A stretch of DNA of 64,000 bases from Candidatus Binatia bacterium (GTDB taxonomy: Bacteria; Desulfobacterota; Binatia; Bin18). Made by a program: the position numbers and the translations under genes. The notes under the pieces are model-generated. The model was not told where the DNA came from. It searched no databases and was given only the letters and a program-made list of their open reading frames with translations. Location: assembly GCA_963666315.2 (NCBI GenBank), contig CAXXHG010000024.1, forward strand, positions 32,001 to 96,000, written 5' to 3'. Of the stretch, positions 27,183-37,387 are shown piece after piece (position 1 is the stretch's first letter; each line of letters opens with the position of its first letter).

Positions 27183-28248
27183 CTGGGTGTTGTTCTTCTT
27201 GACTGCGGGACTCCTCAGCGTTGGCATCCTCGGTATCTATAGTGCAACGTATGAAGGTGCGGGGTACGCGAGTCCCTGGGTGACCCGCCAGATTGTCTGG
27301 GTAGCGGTTGGGCTGGCAGGTATGGCGCTTGCCTTCGCCATAGATTATCGCCACTTTGAGCAGTGGGCCTATGTGTTTTACGCTGCGGCGCTGTTCCTCC
27401 TTATTCTTGTTCCCCTCATCGGCTCTTTTGGCGGCGGCGCGCGGCGCTGGATCCACCTCGGACCGTTTTCCCTGCAGCCAGCTGAGTTCATGAAAATCGG
27501 TTTGCTACTCGTCATTGCGCGGTTTGTTAATCGCTATGTGCCGATTGAAGGCTATGGTATCCGCGAGATCCTCATCCCCGCACTCTTTGTCGCACTCCCC
27601 GCCGGCTTGATTCTCCTCCAACCCAATTTGGGAACTGCGGTAACATTAGGACTGCTCTTTTTAACCCTCACGTTTGTCTCCGGCCTGCGTCTGCGTTCTC
27701 TCGCGGTGCTGGGACTGATAGGGAGTGGGATCCTGCCCTTTGTGTGGGCGCACCTCGAACCGTACCAACGGCAGCGGATCACGTCGTTTCTGCATCCCGA
27801 CCTTGATCCTCTTGGTGCGGGATATCACATGATCCAAGCAAAAGTGACCGTGGGGTCGGGTATGCTGTGGGGCAAAGGCTTTCTCCTGGGTACCCAAAAT
27901 CGCCTTGACTTTTTGCCTGAAAAGCACACCGACTTTGTTTTTGCGGTATTGGCTGAAGAGTGGGGATTTGTCGGAATGATCGGGCTATTGCTCCTCTACG
28001 GCGCGCTTTTAGCGCGTCTGATCGTTATTGCACTGCGGGCACGTGAACGATTCGGCCTCCTGATCGCTGTCGGCGTTGCGGGGATGGTATTCTGGCAGCT
28101 CATTATCAATATCGGGATGAATGTTGGGGTTTTACCGGTCGTTGGCGTCCCTTTGCCGTTATTAAGTTACGGCGGTTCATCCCTGTTAACGATGATGCTG
28201 GCCCTTGGCCTGGCGCTTAACGTCAGCACCAGGCGTTTTCTGTTTTGA
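27148..28248 (+). CDS. rodA: SEDS glycosyltransferase RodA
   Basis: 'QPAEFMK', 'PEKHTDF', 'LPLLSYGGSS'. Confidence 0.96.
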   Translation: MGFDRRLIEHFDWVLFFLTAGLLSVGILGIYSATYEGAGYASPWVTRQIVWVAVGLAGMALAFAIDYRHFEQWAYVFYAAALFLLILVPLIGSFGGGARRWIHLGPFSLQPAEFMKIGLLLVIARFVNRYVPIEGYGIREILIPALFVALPAGLILLQPNLGTAVTLGLLFLTLTFVSGLRLRSLAVLGLIGSGILPFVWAHLEPYQRQRITSFLHPDLDPLGAGYHMIQAKVTVGSGMLWGKGFLLGTQNRLDFLPEKHTDFVFAVLAEEWGFVGMIGLLLLYGALLARLIVIALRARERFGLLIAVGVAGMVFWQLIINIGMNVGVLPVVGVPLPLLSYGGSSLLTMMLALGLALNVSTRRFLF

Positions 28249-28572
28249 TCAGACCACGTTGTCTATGGCTTTGACAAGCTGGGCTTTGGGAACAGCTCCG
28301 ACGATCTGTTCCTTGACCTCGCCACCCTTAAATAATATGAGATTCGGAATGCCCCGGACCCCGTATTGAGACGGCGTGCGCGGATTATCGTCGACATTCA
28401 TCTTCACGATTTTCAACTTGCCCTCATACTCTGCGGCGAGTTCTTCCACGATCGGCGCAATGGCCTTGCAGGGACCGCACCATGGAGCCCAGAAATCAAT
28501 CAGAACGGGAACCTCAGCCTTGAGCACATCTCCGTCAAAACTGTCATCCGAAATCTGTAGAATATCAGCCAT
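28249..28572 (-). CDS. trxA: Thioredoxin
   Basis: 'WAPWCGPCK'. Confidence 0.97.
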   Translation of the reverse strand: MADILQISDDSFDGDVLKAEVPVLIDFWAPWCGPCKAIAPIVEELAAEYEGKLKIVKMNVDDNPRTPSQYGVRGIPNLILFKGGEVKEQIVGAVPKAQLVKAIDNVV

Positions 28573-28670
28573 AACCTGCCTCCTCACAGCATGATCTTTT
28601 TTCTTCTCATAGCAGAGAAGGCGGGCTGAACCTATCCCCTTGACACTAGCGAGCAAGCACTTTACGGGGG

Positions 28671-29693
28671 ATGCCTATGCGCGTGTTAGTTACCGGTGCG
28701 TCGGGGTTTGTTGGCGGCGCTGTGGCACGCGCATTGGTGCAAGCCGGCTTCGAGGTCCGGGTGCTGATACGACACGGTGCCGACGGCCATTTGTTGCAGG
28801 ATCTGCCGGTCGAGGTGGCTAGGGGCGATATCCGTGACTACGCATCCGTACTCCAGGCTAGCCGAGGTTGTAGCCAAGTCTATCATGTCGCAGCGCTGTA
28901 CAGATTATGGGTGCGCCGCAAGCAAGACATGTACACAAGCAATGTGACCGGCACAGAAAATATACTCCAGGCCGCACGCGAAGCTGAGGTTGAGAAAATC
29001 GTATACACCAGTTCGGTGGCAACTCTGGGGTTGCCTCGCGACGGGACCCTCGGCTCAGAAGTCACACCAGTTTCTCTTGCCGACATGGTGGGCCATTATA
29101 AACGGAGTAAATTTTTGGCTGAACAAGTCGTCCTTCGCTACGCAGGCCAAGGGCTGCCGGTAGTGATTGTCAATCCGAGTACGCCGGTCGGCGTGGGTGA
29201 TCTGAAGCCGACGCCAACCGGAAAACTCATCGTTGACTTTCTGAATGGCAATATGCCCGGCTATGTGGATACCGGACTCAATCTGATTGATGTTGAGGAT
29301 GTTGCCCAAGGGCACATCCTTGCGGCACAGCGAGGAGAAACTGGAGAGAAATACATCCTTGGGCATGAAAACCTGACCCTACAACAGATCCTGATGCTCT
29401 TATCCGAGTTGACGGGCCGTCCGGCTCCGCGTTTCAAAGTTCCTTATGCCCTGGCCTTAGCGGTTGCCTACGGGGACGCCGCTCTGGCGCGCTTGATTCC
29501 CGGTCGCGAGCCGTTTGCTCCCCCAGTGGGTGTCAAACTGAGCAAGAAAAAAATGTTCTTTAGTCCGGACAAAGCCGTTCGCGAGTTAGGATTGCCGCAA
29601 ACTCCAGTGCGTACGGCGTTGGGCAAGGCAACTGCCTGGTTCCAGGAGTACGGCTACGTCAAAAGGGCGAAAGGGGTAGGGGATGAGGGCTGA
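28671..29693 (+). CDS. hpnA: Hopanoid-associated sugar epimerase/NAD-dependent dehydratase
   Basis: 'TGASGFVG', 'YKRSK', 'VNPSTPVG.GD.KPTPTG'. Confidence 0.88.
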   Translation: MPMRVLVTGASGFVGGAVARALVQAGFEVRVLIRHGADGHLLQDLPVEVARGDIRDYASVLQASRGCSQVYHVAALYRLWVRRKQDMYTSNVTGTENILQAAREAEVEKIVYTSSVATLGLPRDGTLGSEVTPVSLADMVGHYKRSKFLAEQVVLRYAGQGLPVVIVNPSTPVGVGDLKPTPTGKLIVDFLNGNMPGYVDTGLNLIDVEDVAQGHILAAQRGETGEKYILGHENLTLQQILMLLSELTGRPAPRFKVPYALALAVAYGDAALARLIPGREPFAPPVGVKLSKKKMFFSPDKAVRELGLPQTPVRTALGKATAWFQEYGYVKRAKGVGDEG

Positions 29694-29726
29694 GTCACGG
29701 CTACATCAGAAGCATACGAGGGACCA

Positions 29727-30953
29727 TTGATCTTTTTAGCTCTTCTTGGCGGAATCTCCATTCTCGTTTGGCTTGGTATTTTTTTTCATCCGGCCCGCCC
29801 ATGGGATTTTCAACTTGTTGAAGAAGACCTCCCTGCCGCGCCCTCTCCCGCTTCTCCTGCCTCTCTTGAAAGATGGCCGACTGTTTGCGCGCTCATTCCT
29901 GCCCGAAATGAAGCGCTCTCGTTGCCGGCTACTCTGCCGGCTTTGCTGCAACAAGAATATCCAGGCGCTTTTTCCGTCATCGTGATTGATGACCGTTCCG
30001 CCGATGAGACTGCTGCTGTGGCGCGCAGGCTTGCAGAACGAACCGGTGCGACTGACCGATTGACCGTAGTGGCCGGCACTGCGCTTCCTGCCGGCTGGGT
30101 GGGGAAAATGTGGGCTCTTGAACAAGGTGCTCGCAGGTGCGGTTTGGAGGACCCTACCGATTCTTCACGTCCCGATTATCTCTTATTGACTGATGCCGAC
30201 ATTTGGCACGCCCCTGACTCAGTCCAACGTTTGGTCGTGGAAAGTGAGGCCTCTCAGCTTGGACTCAACAGCCGTATGGCCCATCTGCGGTGTGTTTCTC
30301 GTCCGGAGCACTTCCTTATTCCCCCGTTTGTGTTCTTTTTTAACTTGCTCTATCCCCTGCGTTGGGTGAACGATCCTCACAAGACTGTTGCCGCGGCTGC
30401 AGGCGGGTGTGTCCTGCTGTCTGCAGCCGCCCTTGTTCGCAGCGGTGGTTTTCAGGCATTACGCGCGCACCTTATTGACGATGTGAATCTCGGACGGCGT
30501 GTCAAGCAGGCCGGCTTCGCTATCCGGCTCTCACTGAGCCATTCTGTTGTGAAGAGTGTGCGTGCGTATGAGACCGCGCGCGCTATCTGGAGTATGGTCC
30601 GTCGAACGGCATTTACCGAACTCAACTACTCCTGGCTGCGGCTTGCCGGAACCCTGTTCGGCATGGGGATCACCTTTGCCGTGCCTCCGCTGTGGTTCAT
30701 CAGCGGTGCCGTTACCTGCCTGGGGATATGGATAGCCGGGGCGGGTGTCTCGTACCAGCCGGCTCTTGTGCTGATGGCAGAAGGCGCTTTTGCCTGGGCG
30801 CTTATGGCTCGTATCTATCTCCCCGCGGTTCGTTTTTTTGGCCTGCCTCTACCCTGGGCATGGACCCTACCGTTCGCGGCTGTTTTGTACGAAGCGATGA
30901 CGCTTGATTCCGCGTGGCGCTACGCAACCAAGAAGCAAATCGACTGGCGCTAG
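29727..30953 (+). CDS. Hopanoid-associated GT2 glycosyltransferase (HpnB-like)
   Basis: 'IPARNE', 'DDRSAD', 'LPAGWVGK', 'LTDAD', 'LIDD', 'MVRRTAF'. Confidence 0.85.
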   Translation: MIFLALLGGISILVWLGIFFHPARPWDFQLVEEDLPAAPSPASPASLERWPTVCALIPARNEALSLPATLPALLQQEYPGAFSVIVIDDRSADETAAVARRLAERTGATDRLTVVAGTALPAGWVGKMWALEQGARRCGLEDPTDSSRPDYLLLTDADIWHAPDSVQRLVVESEASQLGLNSRMAHLRCVSRPEHFLIPPFVFFFNLLYPLRWVNDPHKTVAAAAGGCVLLSAAALVRSGGFQALRAHLIDDVNLGRRVKQAGFAIRLSLSHSVVKSVRAYETARAIWSMVRRTAFTELNYSWLRLAGTLFGMGITFAVPPLWFISGAVTCLGIWIAGAGVSYQPALVLMAEGAFAWALMARIYLPAVRFFGLPLPWAWTLPFAAVLYEAMTLDSAWRYATKKQIDWR

Positions 30954-30963
30954 AGATGGGATC

Positions 30964-31725
30964 ATGAGACCGCCTATCGGCGTCTTTACTGCGCTTGCCT
31001 GGGAGAGTGCGGCCGTCCGCTCTGTCCTGCGTCAGGTGCGGCGTGAAGGGGCAGAGGTGTGGAAAGGATCAACCGGTCGGTCCGACGTTATCATTGTCAC
31101 TGGTGGGATCGGTCCGCGCCGAACCCGGCAGACCGTTGAGCAATTTGTAGCAACTCCTCTGACAGCTGTGTTCTCTGTCGGTTGTGCCGGGGCGCTTATC
31201 CCTGGTCCAACCACCGGCCAGCTTATTCTTGCGCCGACTGTGCGGATGTATGCTGCGGAGCAAGAAGAGCGCCTCGACACGTTCCCGGTGCATCCCGACC
31301 TCCTTGATGCCGCTCGAACTGCAGCGACTCACGCCGGCGTGGGAACGGCTGAGGGGGCAATTTTTACTAGTCGGCGGGTGCTATTGAGCCCTGAAGAGAA
31401 ACACAAGCGCGGACGTGAGACGGACTGTATTGCGGTTGAGATGGAGAGTGGGGTATATGCCGAATTTGCTGCCAAACGGAAGCTTCCTTTTTTAGTCCTC
31501 CGAGTCATCCTCGATGCTGTTGATATGACGATTCCGCCTTTGAAAGGTGTCACAATGCCAGATGGAAAGATCCATCTGACACGAGCGCTTACCCACGTGC
31601 TGACCCACCCGCAGCACCTGCCTGGCTTGCTCCGGCTCAAGCGCTGTCGCGCCGGAGCAGCCGAAGCCATCGCGCGTATATGTCGGGCGTTGTTTCCGTT
31701 GCTTAATGATCGAGATTTTACCTAA
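30964..31725 (+). CDS. Nucleoside phosphorylase family, HpnG-like
   Basis: 'SVGCAGAL', 'AVEMES', 'LRVILD'; hpn gene context. Confidence 0.8.
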   Translation: MRPPIGVFTALAWESAAVRSVLRQVRREGAEVWKGSTGRSDVIIVTGGIGPRRTRQTVEQFVATPLTAVFSVGCAGALIPGPTTGQLILAPTVRMYAAEQEERLDTFPVHPDLLDAARTAATHAGVGTAEGAIFTSRRVLLSPEEKHKRGRETDCIAVEMESGVYAEFAAKRKLPFLVLRVILDAVDMTIPPLKGVTMPDGKIHLTRALTHVLTHPQHLPGLLRLKRCRAGAAEAIARICRALFPLLNDRDFT

Positions 31726-31984
31726 TAGGAGAGTGTAAGGGTGTATTTGATCCACACCAGGATGGCCCTCGAAGAGGGATATTTTAAGAGTCCGGACGGC
31801 TCGCCGATGTTTCTTCTGAGGCACGACACAATCCGCGCCAAAAGGAAAAATTGGCGCGGTTGTCCTGCTCTGACTCTGCTTCTACTCACACTGACAACGG
31901 AACCCTGACCGACATGTGTCGTGCCTTGGTGTGCCGACTGCGGCTGCCGCCCGCTCGTCGCGTCTTTCCCCGATAGGGTCCCTA

Positions 31985-32770
31985 TTACTTTTTGGTCACG
32001 TGTTTTTCCGCGAGCAGTTTCTTTTGTAATTTATACGCTGGCCTCGCCTGCTCTCGCTCACCGCGGATGAGGTAAAATCGAACCGCCTGTCCCAGCGTTT
32101 CTATCGCTTTATCCCGCTGGTCGGTTTTACTATAGGCGACGCCTAAGCCATCGTGGGCAACAGGATCGCGAGGATTTTGCTTAATGACCTCTTGGTACGC
32201 CTGGATAGCCTCTGGGTATTGTCCTATGCCCGTATAAGCCGCAGCCAGGTGGGTATGGGCCGTACTCTTGTCTGGATCGAGGCGAATGGCCGCTTGATAT
32301 TCTTGTATGGCTTGATTTATTTGGCCATGGCGTTCTAACTCCTGACCCAGTTCAAAATGGGCGGCCGCTGATGAGGCATTAATACCCAGGGCCTGTTGGA
32401 AAGCCGCGCGTGCCTTGTCAAATTGCTTTTCTCGGCGGAATGCCATCCCTTCGTTGACGTAATAGCCTTCGAGGTATCTGCTCGCGCCTGAGTGGCCGGG
32501 ACTGAGCCGCAGGACGGTTCGATAGGATTGGAGAGCATCCTCAATTGCCCCAACTTTTTCACGCACGACGCCCAGTCGGTAGTGGGCATCGACATGATTG
32601 GGGTCAATCTCGGTGAGAATCCAATGGTATTCTGCCATGGCTTCACCCCAGCGCATTTCGGCCTCAAATTTCTGACCACTATCGATGTAATGCTGGGGAT
32701 CGGCTCCCATCAGAAGAAAAGCACTGAGGCTTATCCCGAGTGCAAGCCGACTGACATATCTTCGTTTCAT
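31985..32770 (-). CDS. TPR-repeat protein
   Basis: Multiple TPR units ('AHYRLG', 'AHFELG', 'AHDGLGVAY'); signal peptide. Confidence 0.88.
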   Translation of the reverse strand: MKRRYVSRLALGISLSAFLLMGADPQHYIDSGQKFEAEMRWGEAMAEYHWILTEIDPNHVDAHYRLGVVREKVGAIEDALQSYRTVLRLSPGHSGASRYLEGYYVNEGMAFRREKQFDKARAAFQQALGINASSAAAHFELGQELERHGQINQAIQEYQAAIRLDPDKSTAHTHLAAAYTGIGQYPEAIQAYQEVIKQNPRDPVAHDGLGVAYSKTDQRDKAIETLGQAVRFYLIRGEREQARPAYKLQKKLLAEKHVTKK

Positions 32771-32868
32771 ACGACCTCCAGTGTGTGTGTCCTGAGCCGA
32801 GCAACCAGATAACCCCGTCCGGAGCTCTTTTCATCAGAGCCTCTTTTCATTCCCCTAGTCAAGCCCAA

Positions 32869-33035
32869 GTGTATGCCTGTGTATGCCTGTGTATGCCTGT
32901 GTATGCCTGTGTATGCCTGTGTATGCCTGTGTATGCCTGTGTATGCCTGTGTATGCCTGTGTATGCCTGTGTATGCCTGTGTATGCCTGTGTATGCCTGT
33001 GTATGCCTGTGTATGCCTGTGTATGCCTGTGTATG
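32869..33035. repeat. Perfect 10-bp tandem repeat (GTGTATGCCT) x~16.7
   Basis: Directly visible; intergenic between divergent genes. Confidence 0.98.
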
Positions 33036-33100
33036 ATAGATGAAAGCGAGAACCCACTAGGCGCTGCGAGGGAGGTCGGCTACAATATGTTCCTATGGCA

Positions 33101-33349
33101 ATGTCATCAAACGTGACGGAGGATCGGATGGCTTCGTGTGAGCACTTAACGCATGCTGAAGAACAAATGCGGGACTTGCTCCGTGTCATTAACGATCATC
33201 TCAAGCTGTATGAACCTGAAGAAGATGCGTATGGTTCTCTGCTGTCGGTCGCCCATCATCTGAACGAAGGGCTCCGGGAGCTGACCTATTTGCTGGATCA
33301 AACCGATGAAGCCGGAGTGCAAGGCTTTGTCAAAGAAGTGGGCCATTAG
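33101..33349 (+). CDS. Small helical hypothetical protein
   Basis: Amphipathic helical composition; no recognised family. Confidence 0.55.
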   Translation: MSSNVTEDRMASCEHLTHAEEQMRDLLRVINDHLKLYEPEEDAYGSLLSVAHHLNEGLRELTYLLDQTDEAGVQGFVKEVGH

Positions 33350-33611
33350 ATACGTATGCACGGGAAGGTAGCCGAGACGATACTAAGGAAGATGGTACGA
33401 AACATTCAGCCGCGCAGCCACAGAAGCAACAACGTCTCTTAACGGTAAAAAAGGGGTTCGTCTTGCACATCTCCCCACGGACGAAACCCAAAGAGGTCAC
33501 CATCTCAAAATCGACAGGCCCGCACGTTATTTACGGAATCTGGTATGCCTAACCTATCCCCATGCCTGTAACACTGAGTAATTGAGGATCGGCAACAATT
33601 TCTTACGCGCT

Positions 33612-33938
33612 TTAGCCTTCGTAGATCATCACCGATTTGCCTGCTGATTGGCATACGATCAAGGTCGCTTTTTCGAAATCGATAGCCACTTTTGCGGGAG
33701 GCAGATCGGGAATATTTCCCGGGGTGCCATGGAAGGGACGGCAGAACAATACCAGTTGCTCCGCCACTTCTTCTTCAACAAAAGATTGGTGGCACAGGGG
33801 ACAGACTAAGGCGGGAATATTCCAAATCGTGATCTCGGCTCGGCTGCCGGGCTGGCTGAAGCGTTGCTTGACCCGGTGGGGACGCGGCTGGGCTGCACAC
33901 CCTGCCGTGCATTGCTGCAAAACTATATTCATATTCAA
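33612..33938 (-). CDS. YgiT/MqsA-type zinc-finger protein
   Basis: 'CTAGC' ... 'NIPALVCPLC..SF'. Confidence 0.7.
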   Translation of the reverse strand: MNMNIVLQQCTAGCAAQPRPHRVKQRFSQPGSRAEITIWNIPALVCPLCHQSFVEEEVAEQLVLFCRPFHGTPGNIPDLPPAKVAIDFEKATLIVCQSAGKSVMIYEG

Positions 33939-34204
33939 TGCATGGTTGGGAATGGAAACAAATAGCCGGTCTGCTCATCAAGCACAGATATCTTGGGCCG
34001 AGTGCCGGTCCGTTCCGTTGGAGGCAGCGCGCGCGCAAGATACTCTGCCGCGGCTTTGCGCGGAATGCGGTATGAGCGTCCGATTCGCAAGGCCGGAATC
34101 TCTCCCGTACGGCTTAAATCTCGAACACGGCGAGGAGAGAGTGCAAAAGCCTGGGCAAACTCAGCAACGGTATAGACTTTTGGTCGGATGCGAGTCTGGT
34201 GCAT
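33935..34204 (-). CDS. Excisionase-like HTH_17 DNA-binding protein
   Basis: 'YTVAEFA...GEIPALRIGRSYRIPR'. Confidence 0.8.
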   Translation of the reverse strand: MHQTRIRPKVYTVAEFAQAFALSPRRVRDLSRTGEIPALRIGRSYRIPRKAAAEYLARALPPTERTGTRPKISVLDEQTGYLFPFPTMH

Positions 34205-34401
34205 GATCTCCTCGGGGGAGACTCCTTTCGTGCATCGCGGTTAACGCGTGCAGCGCGGTCAACCGCGGGGCGCCTTGCGACGCCCCGCCCGGTACGTGAC
34301 CGGCCCACTGGAGAGGACCCTCAGCTTCCTACCCCGCATGCAGCTTGCCTCCCTTTCCCCACAACGAAGCTTCCTCCTGCGCTGTATGCGCATATGGAGG
34401 T

Positions 34402-37230
34402 TTATGAACAACCGCTGGTTGATCCGCAGTCCAAACATTTGTAACACGAGCCGTTACGGATCATGATGGATCCACAATCCGCACAACTCGGAGCATCAGC
34501 CTGGGATTGCCAGGTTGGTTTTGTATATCCCGTGGCTGCTGGCGACTGAGCAATGGCTGACAAACGGTCATTGGCTATGGTTTTCGCGGCATCCTTGATC
34601 GGTAGGACAAGCGTGGACGGCTTAGGTTCGGCTTCTGTCAGCCCGGCTTCCTGTTTCTGCTCGGTGGACAAGAAGCGGCTGCCCAGAAAACGGAAAATAT
34701 AGTCCGTGAGTGATTTGGCAAATGGGATATCCGGGTTCTTAGTGAATCCCGAGGGCTCAAAACGCACATGGCTAAACTTACTCACCAAGGCTTCGAGCGG
34801 CACGCCGTACTGTAAGGATACGGAAGTCAACGTAGCGATTGTGTCCATCAGACCCGAGATGGTACTACCTTCTTTCGCCATGCGAATGAACATTTCTCCA
34901 GGGGTGCCGTCTTCGTAAAAGCCGACGTGGATATAGCCCTTATGTCCGGCAATCTCAAACTTATGACAAATCGCTTGCCGATCCTCGGATAAGTGGCGAC
35001 GCACCGGGTTGGGCCCTGCAGCGGCAGCCGTCTGGTCCTGGGGCTCTTCGGTTTGCTTTTTCGTCCCGAGCGGTTGGACCCGTTTGCATCCATCTCGATA
35101 GATCGCAACCGCTTTCAAGCCGAGCTTCCAGGCCCCTATATACGCGTCGGTAATCTCTTCGACGGTCGCATCGTTGGGCATATTGATGGTTTTCGAGATG
35201 GCTCCGGAGATAAAGGGCTGCGTCGCACCCATCATGCGCAGATGTCCGAGGTGGTGGATCGTCCGGCTGCCGTTGGCAGCCTTAAAGGCACAGTCGAACA
35301 CCGGTAAATGCTCGTCGCGCAAATTCGGTGCGCCTTCGATGGTTTCCTGTTCATCAATATACTCAACGATGGCCTGTACTTCTTTACTGTCGTAACCGAG
35401 CCGTTTGAGCGCTCGCGGGACCGTATTATTCACGATCTTGAGCATGCCGCCACCAACGAGGCGTTTATATTTCACAAGGGCAATATCGGGTTCTATGCCC
35501 GTAGTATCGCAATCCATCAAAAAGGCGATGGTTCCCGTCGGAGCCAATACGGTCGCTTGGGAATTGCGATAGCCGGCCGTTTCTCCCAACGCCAAGGCTT
35601 CATCCCATACCTTTCGGGACTCAGATAACATCTCGAGCGGGACCAGCGCGGGATTGAGCTTGTGTGCGTACGAGCGGTGCTGATCGATGATCTTCAACAT
35701 AGGCTTGGTATTGACTGCGTAGCCTGCAAACGGGCCCATTTGTTTGGCAATACGGGCGGACTGCAGATAGGCTTCGCCCGTCATCAGGGCCGTGATAGCA
35801 CCAGCATACTGTCGACCGGCTTCGGAGTCGTAGGCCAGACCGAGCGACATGAGCAATGCCCCCAGGTTGGCATAACCTAGGCCCAGCTGACGAAAGGATT
35901 TCGCATTCCGGGTGATTTCTTCGGTTGGGTAACTGGAGTTATCAATAATGATGTCTTGAGCCGTGATGCTGATATCGACTGCGTGCTTAAACGCTGCCGT
36001 ATCAAATCCGCCGTCTTCTCTGGCAAATTTCAGCAGATTGAGAGAGGCCAGGTTGCAGGCACTATTGTCGAGGTGCATATACTCCGAACAGGGATTCGAG
36101 GCGTTAATGCGTCCGCTATTCGCACACGTGTGCCAGTCGTTAATCGTGGTATCAAACTGCATGCCCGGATCACCACAATGGTGCGTCGCTTCGGCTAGAA
36201 TCTGCATGAGGTCGCGAGCCTGGAAAGACTCACACGCTTCGCCCGTTGTAACAAAGCGGGTTTGCCATTCCCGGTCCTTGACAACCGCCTGCATAAAGCC
36301 GTCCGTTACCCGGACCGAATTATTCGCGTTCTGAAAGAAAATCGAGCCATAGGCATCACCGTCGATGGAGCCATCATAGCCGGCTTCAATCAGGGTCCAG
36401 GCTTTTTTCTCTTCGTTCGCCTTACACCGGATGAATGCGACGATGTCCGGATGATCTGCATTGAGCACCACCATCTTGGCTGCTCGCCGAGTTTTTCCGC
36501 CCGACTTGATTACTCCGGCCGAGGCATCCGCCGCACGCATAAAAGAGACCGGCCCGGACGCGGTTCCACCGCCGCCTAATTTTTCTTTGGATGAACGGAT
36601 GTGGGAAAGATTGACCCCGGCTCCTGAGCCACCTTTGAAAATGAGACCTTCTTTGCGATACCAGTCAAGAATGGAAGCCATGGTGTCGTCGACTGACAAA
36701 ATAAAGCAGGCCGAGCACTGCGGGTGGGGCTCGACGCCAACGTTGAACCAGACCGGGCTGTTAAACGCGAGTTTTTGTTGGACGAGCAGATGGGTCAGAT
36801 CGTCAGCAAAATTTTGGGCATCCTCATTGCTTGCAAAGTATCCGTCTCGTTTCCCCCAGGTGGTAATCGTCTGCACCACCCGACTAATCATTTGGCGTAC
36901 GCTGGACTCTCGTTGCGGAGTCCCAAGAGGACCACGGAAATATTTTGAGACAACAACATTGGTCGCGAGCTGTGACCAGGGTTTCGGAATCTGTACATCG
37001 TGTTGTTCGAAAAAAACTTCTCCTTTTTCGCCTGATATAACGGCACTGCGTTGCTCCCATTCCACCTCATCGAACGGGTCGACCGTCGGCTGCGTAAAAT
37101 AGCGTGAGATCGTGATGCCCTTCTGTTCGCGTGCTGTCTGCTGTTTGGGCTGTTCCGTCACGGGTGTCCCCTCTGCCTTGGCCGTGAGCGTTTCCTCCAT
37201 CCGAGCTTTCCTCCGCACCTTTGTTGCCAT
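34402..37230 (-). CDS. nrdJ: Class II (B12-dependent) ribonucleotide reductase with TSCPD domain and C-terminal Zn ribbon
   Basis: 'FNSPVWFN', 'CSACFI', 'SNPCSEY', 'ACNLASLNL', 'APTGTI', 'ISKTIN', C-terminal 'CxxC...CxxCGSTSGCS'. Confidence 0.96.
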   Translation of the reverse strand: MATKVRRKARMEETLTAKAEGTPVTEQPKQQTAREQKGITISRYFTQPTVDPFDEVEWEQRSAVISGEKGEVFFEQHDVQIPKPWSQLATNVVVSKYFRGPLGTPQRESSVRQMISRVVQTITTWGKRDGYFASNEDAQNFADDLTHLLVQQKLAFNSPVWFNVGVEPHPQCSACFILSVDDTMASILDWYRKEGLIFKGGSGAGVNLSHIRSSKEKLGGGGTASGPVSFMRAADASAGVIKSGGKTRRAAKMVVLNADHPDIVAFIRCKANEEKKAWTLIEAGYDGSIDGDAYGSIFFQNANNSVRVTDGFMQAVVKDREWQTRFVTTGEACESFQARDLMQILAEATHHCGDPGMQFDTTINDWHTCANSGRINASNPCSEYMHLDNSACNLASLNLLKFAREDGGFDTAAFKHAVDISITAQDIIIDNSSYPTEEITRNAKSFRQLGLGYANLGALLMSLGLAYDSEAGRQYAGAITALMTGEAYLQSARIAKQMGPFAGYAVNTKPMLKIIDQHRSYAHKLNPALVPLEMLSESRKVWDEALALGETAGYRNSQATVLAPTGTIAFLMDCDTTGIEPDIALVKYKRLVGGGMLKIVNNTVPRALKRLGYDSKEVQAIVEYIDEQETIEGAPNLRDEHLPVFDCAFKAANGSRTIHHLGHLRMMGATQPFISGAISKTINMPNDATVEEITDAYIGAWKLGLKAVAIYRDGCKRVQPLGTKKQTEEPQDQTAAAAGPNPVRRHLSEDRQAICHKFEIAGHKGYIHVGFYEDGTPGEMFIRMAKEGSTISGLMDTIATLTSVSLQYGVPLEALVSKFSHVRFEPSGFTKNPDIPFAKSLTDYIFRFLGSRFLSTEQKQEAGLTEAEPKPSTLVLPIKDAAKTIANDRLSAIAQSPAATGYTKPTWQSQADAPSCADCGSIMIRNGSCYKCLDCGSTSGCS

Positions 37231-37288
37231 AACCTCCTCCTCTCCTCACCTCGTAGTTGGAATAAAACGGCGACGAAAACTTGATTAC

Positions 37289-37336
37289 ACACTATATATA
37301 GTATTGTCAAGTTTTGAGGGCCGCAAGACTTGGGGG
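37289..37336. promoter_or_regulatory. NrdR box, plus a degenerate second box 32 bp away
   Basis: ACACTATATATAGTAT (37289-37304) matches the NrdR consensus and adjoins a minus-strand TTGACA; weaker CCGCAAGACTTGGGGG at 37321. Confidence 0.8.
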
Positions 37337-37387
37337 GTGATAAAATCTCTTCTCTTTTCGCGGGCTTTGCTTTATTCTCGATGAGAC

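Noticed and set aside
32767-33189. CRISPR array, or Cys-rich/repeat proteins over the 10-mer array
   Set aside because: No spacers and no cas genes; the ORFs are artefacts of a stop-free tandem repeat.
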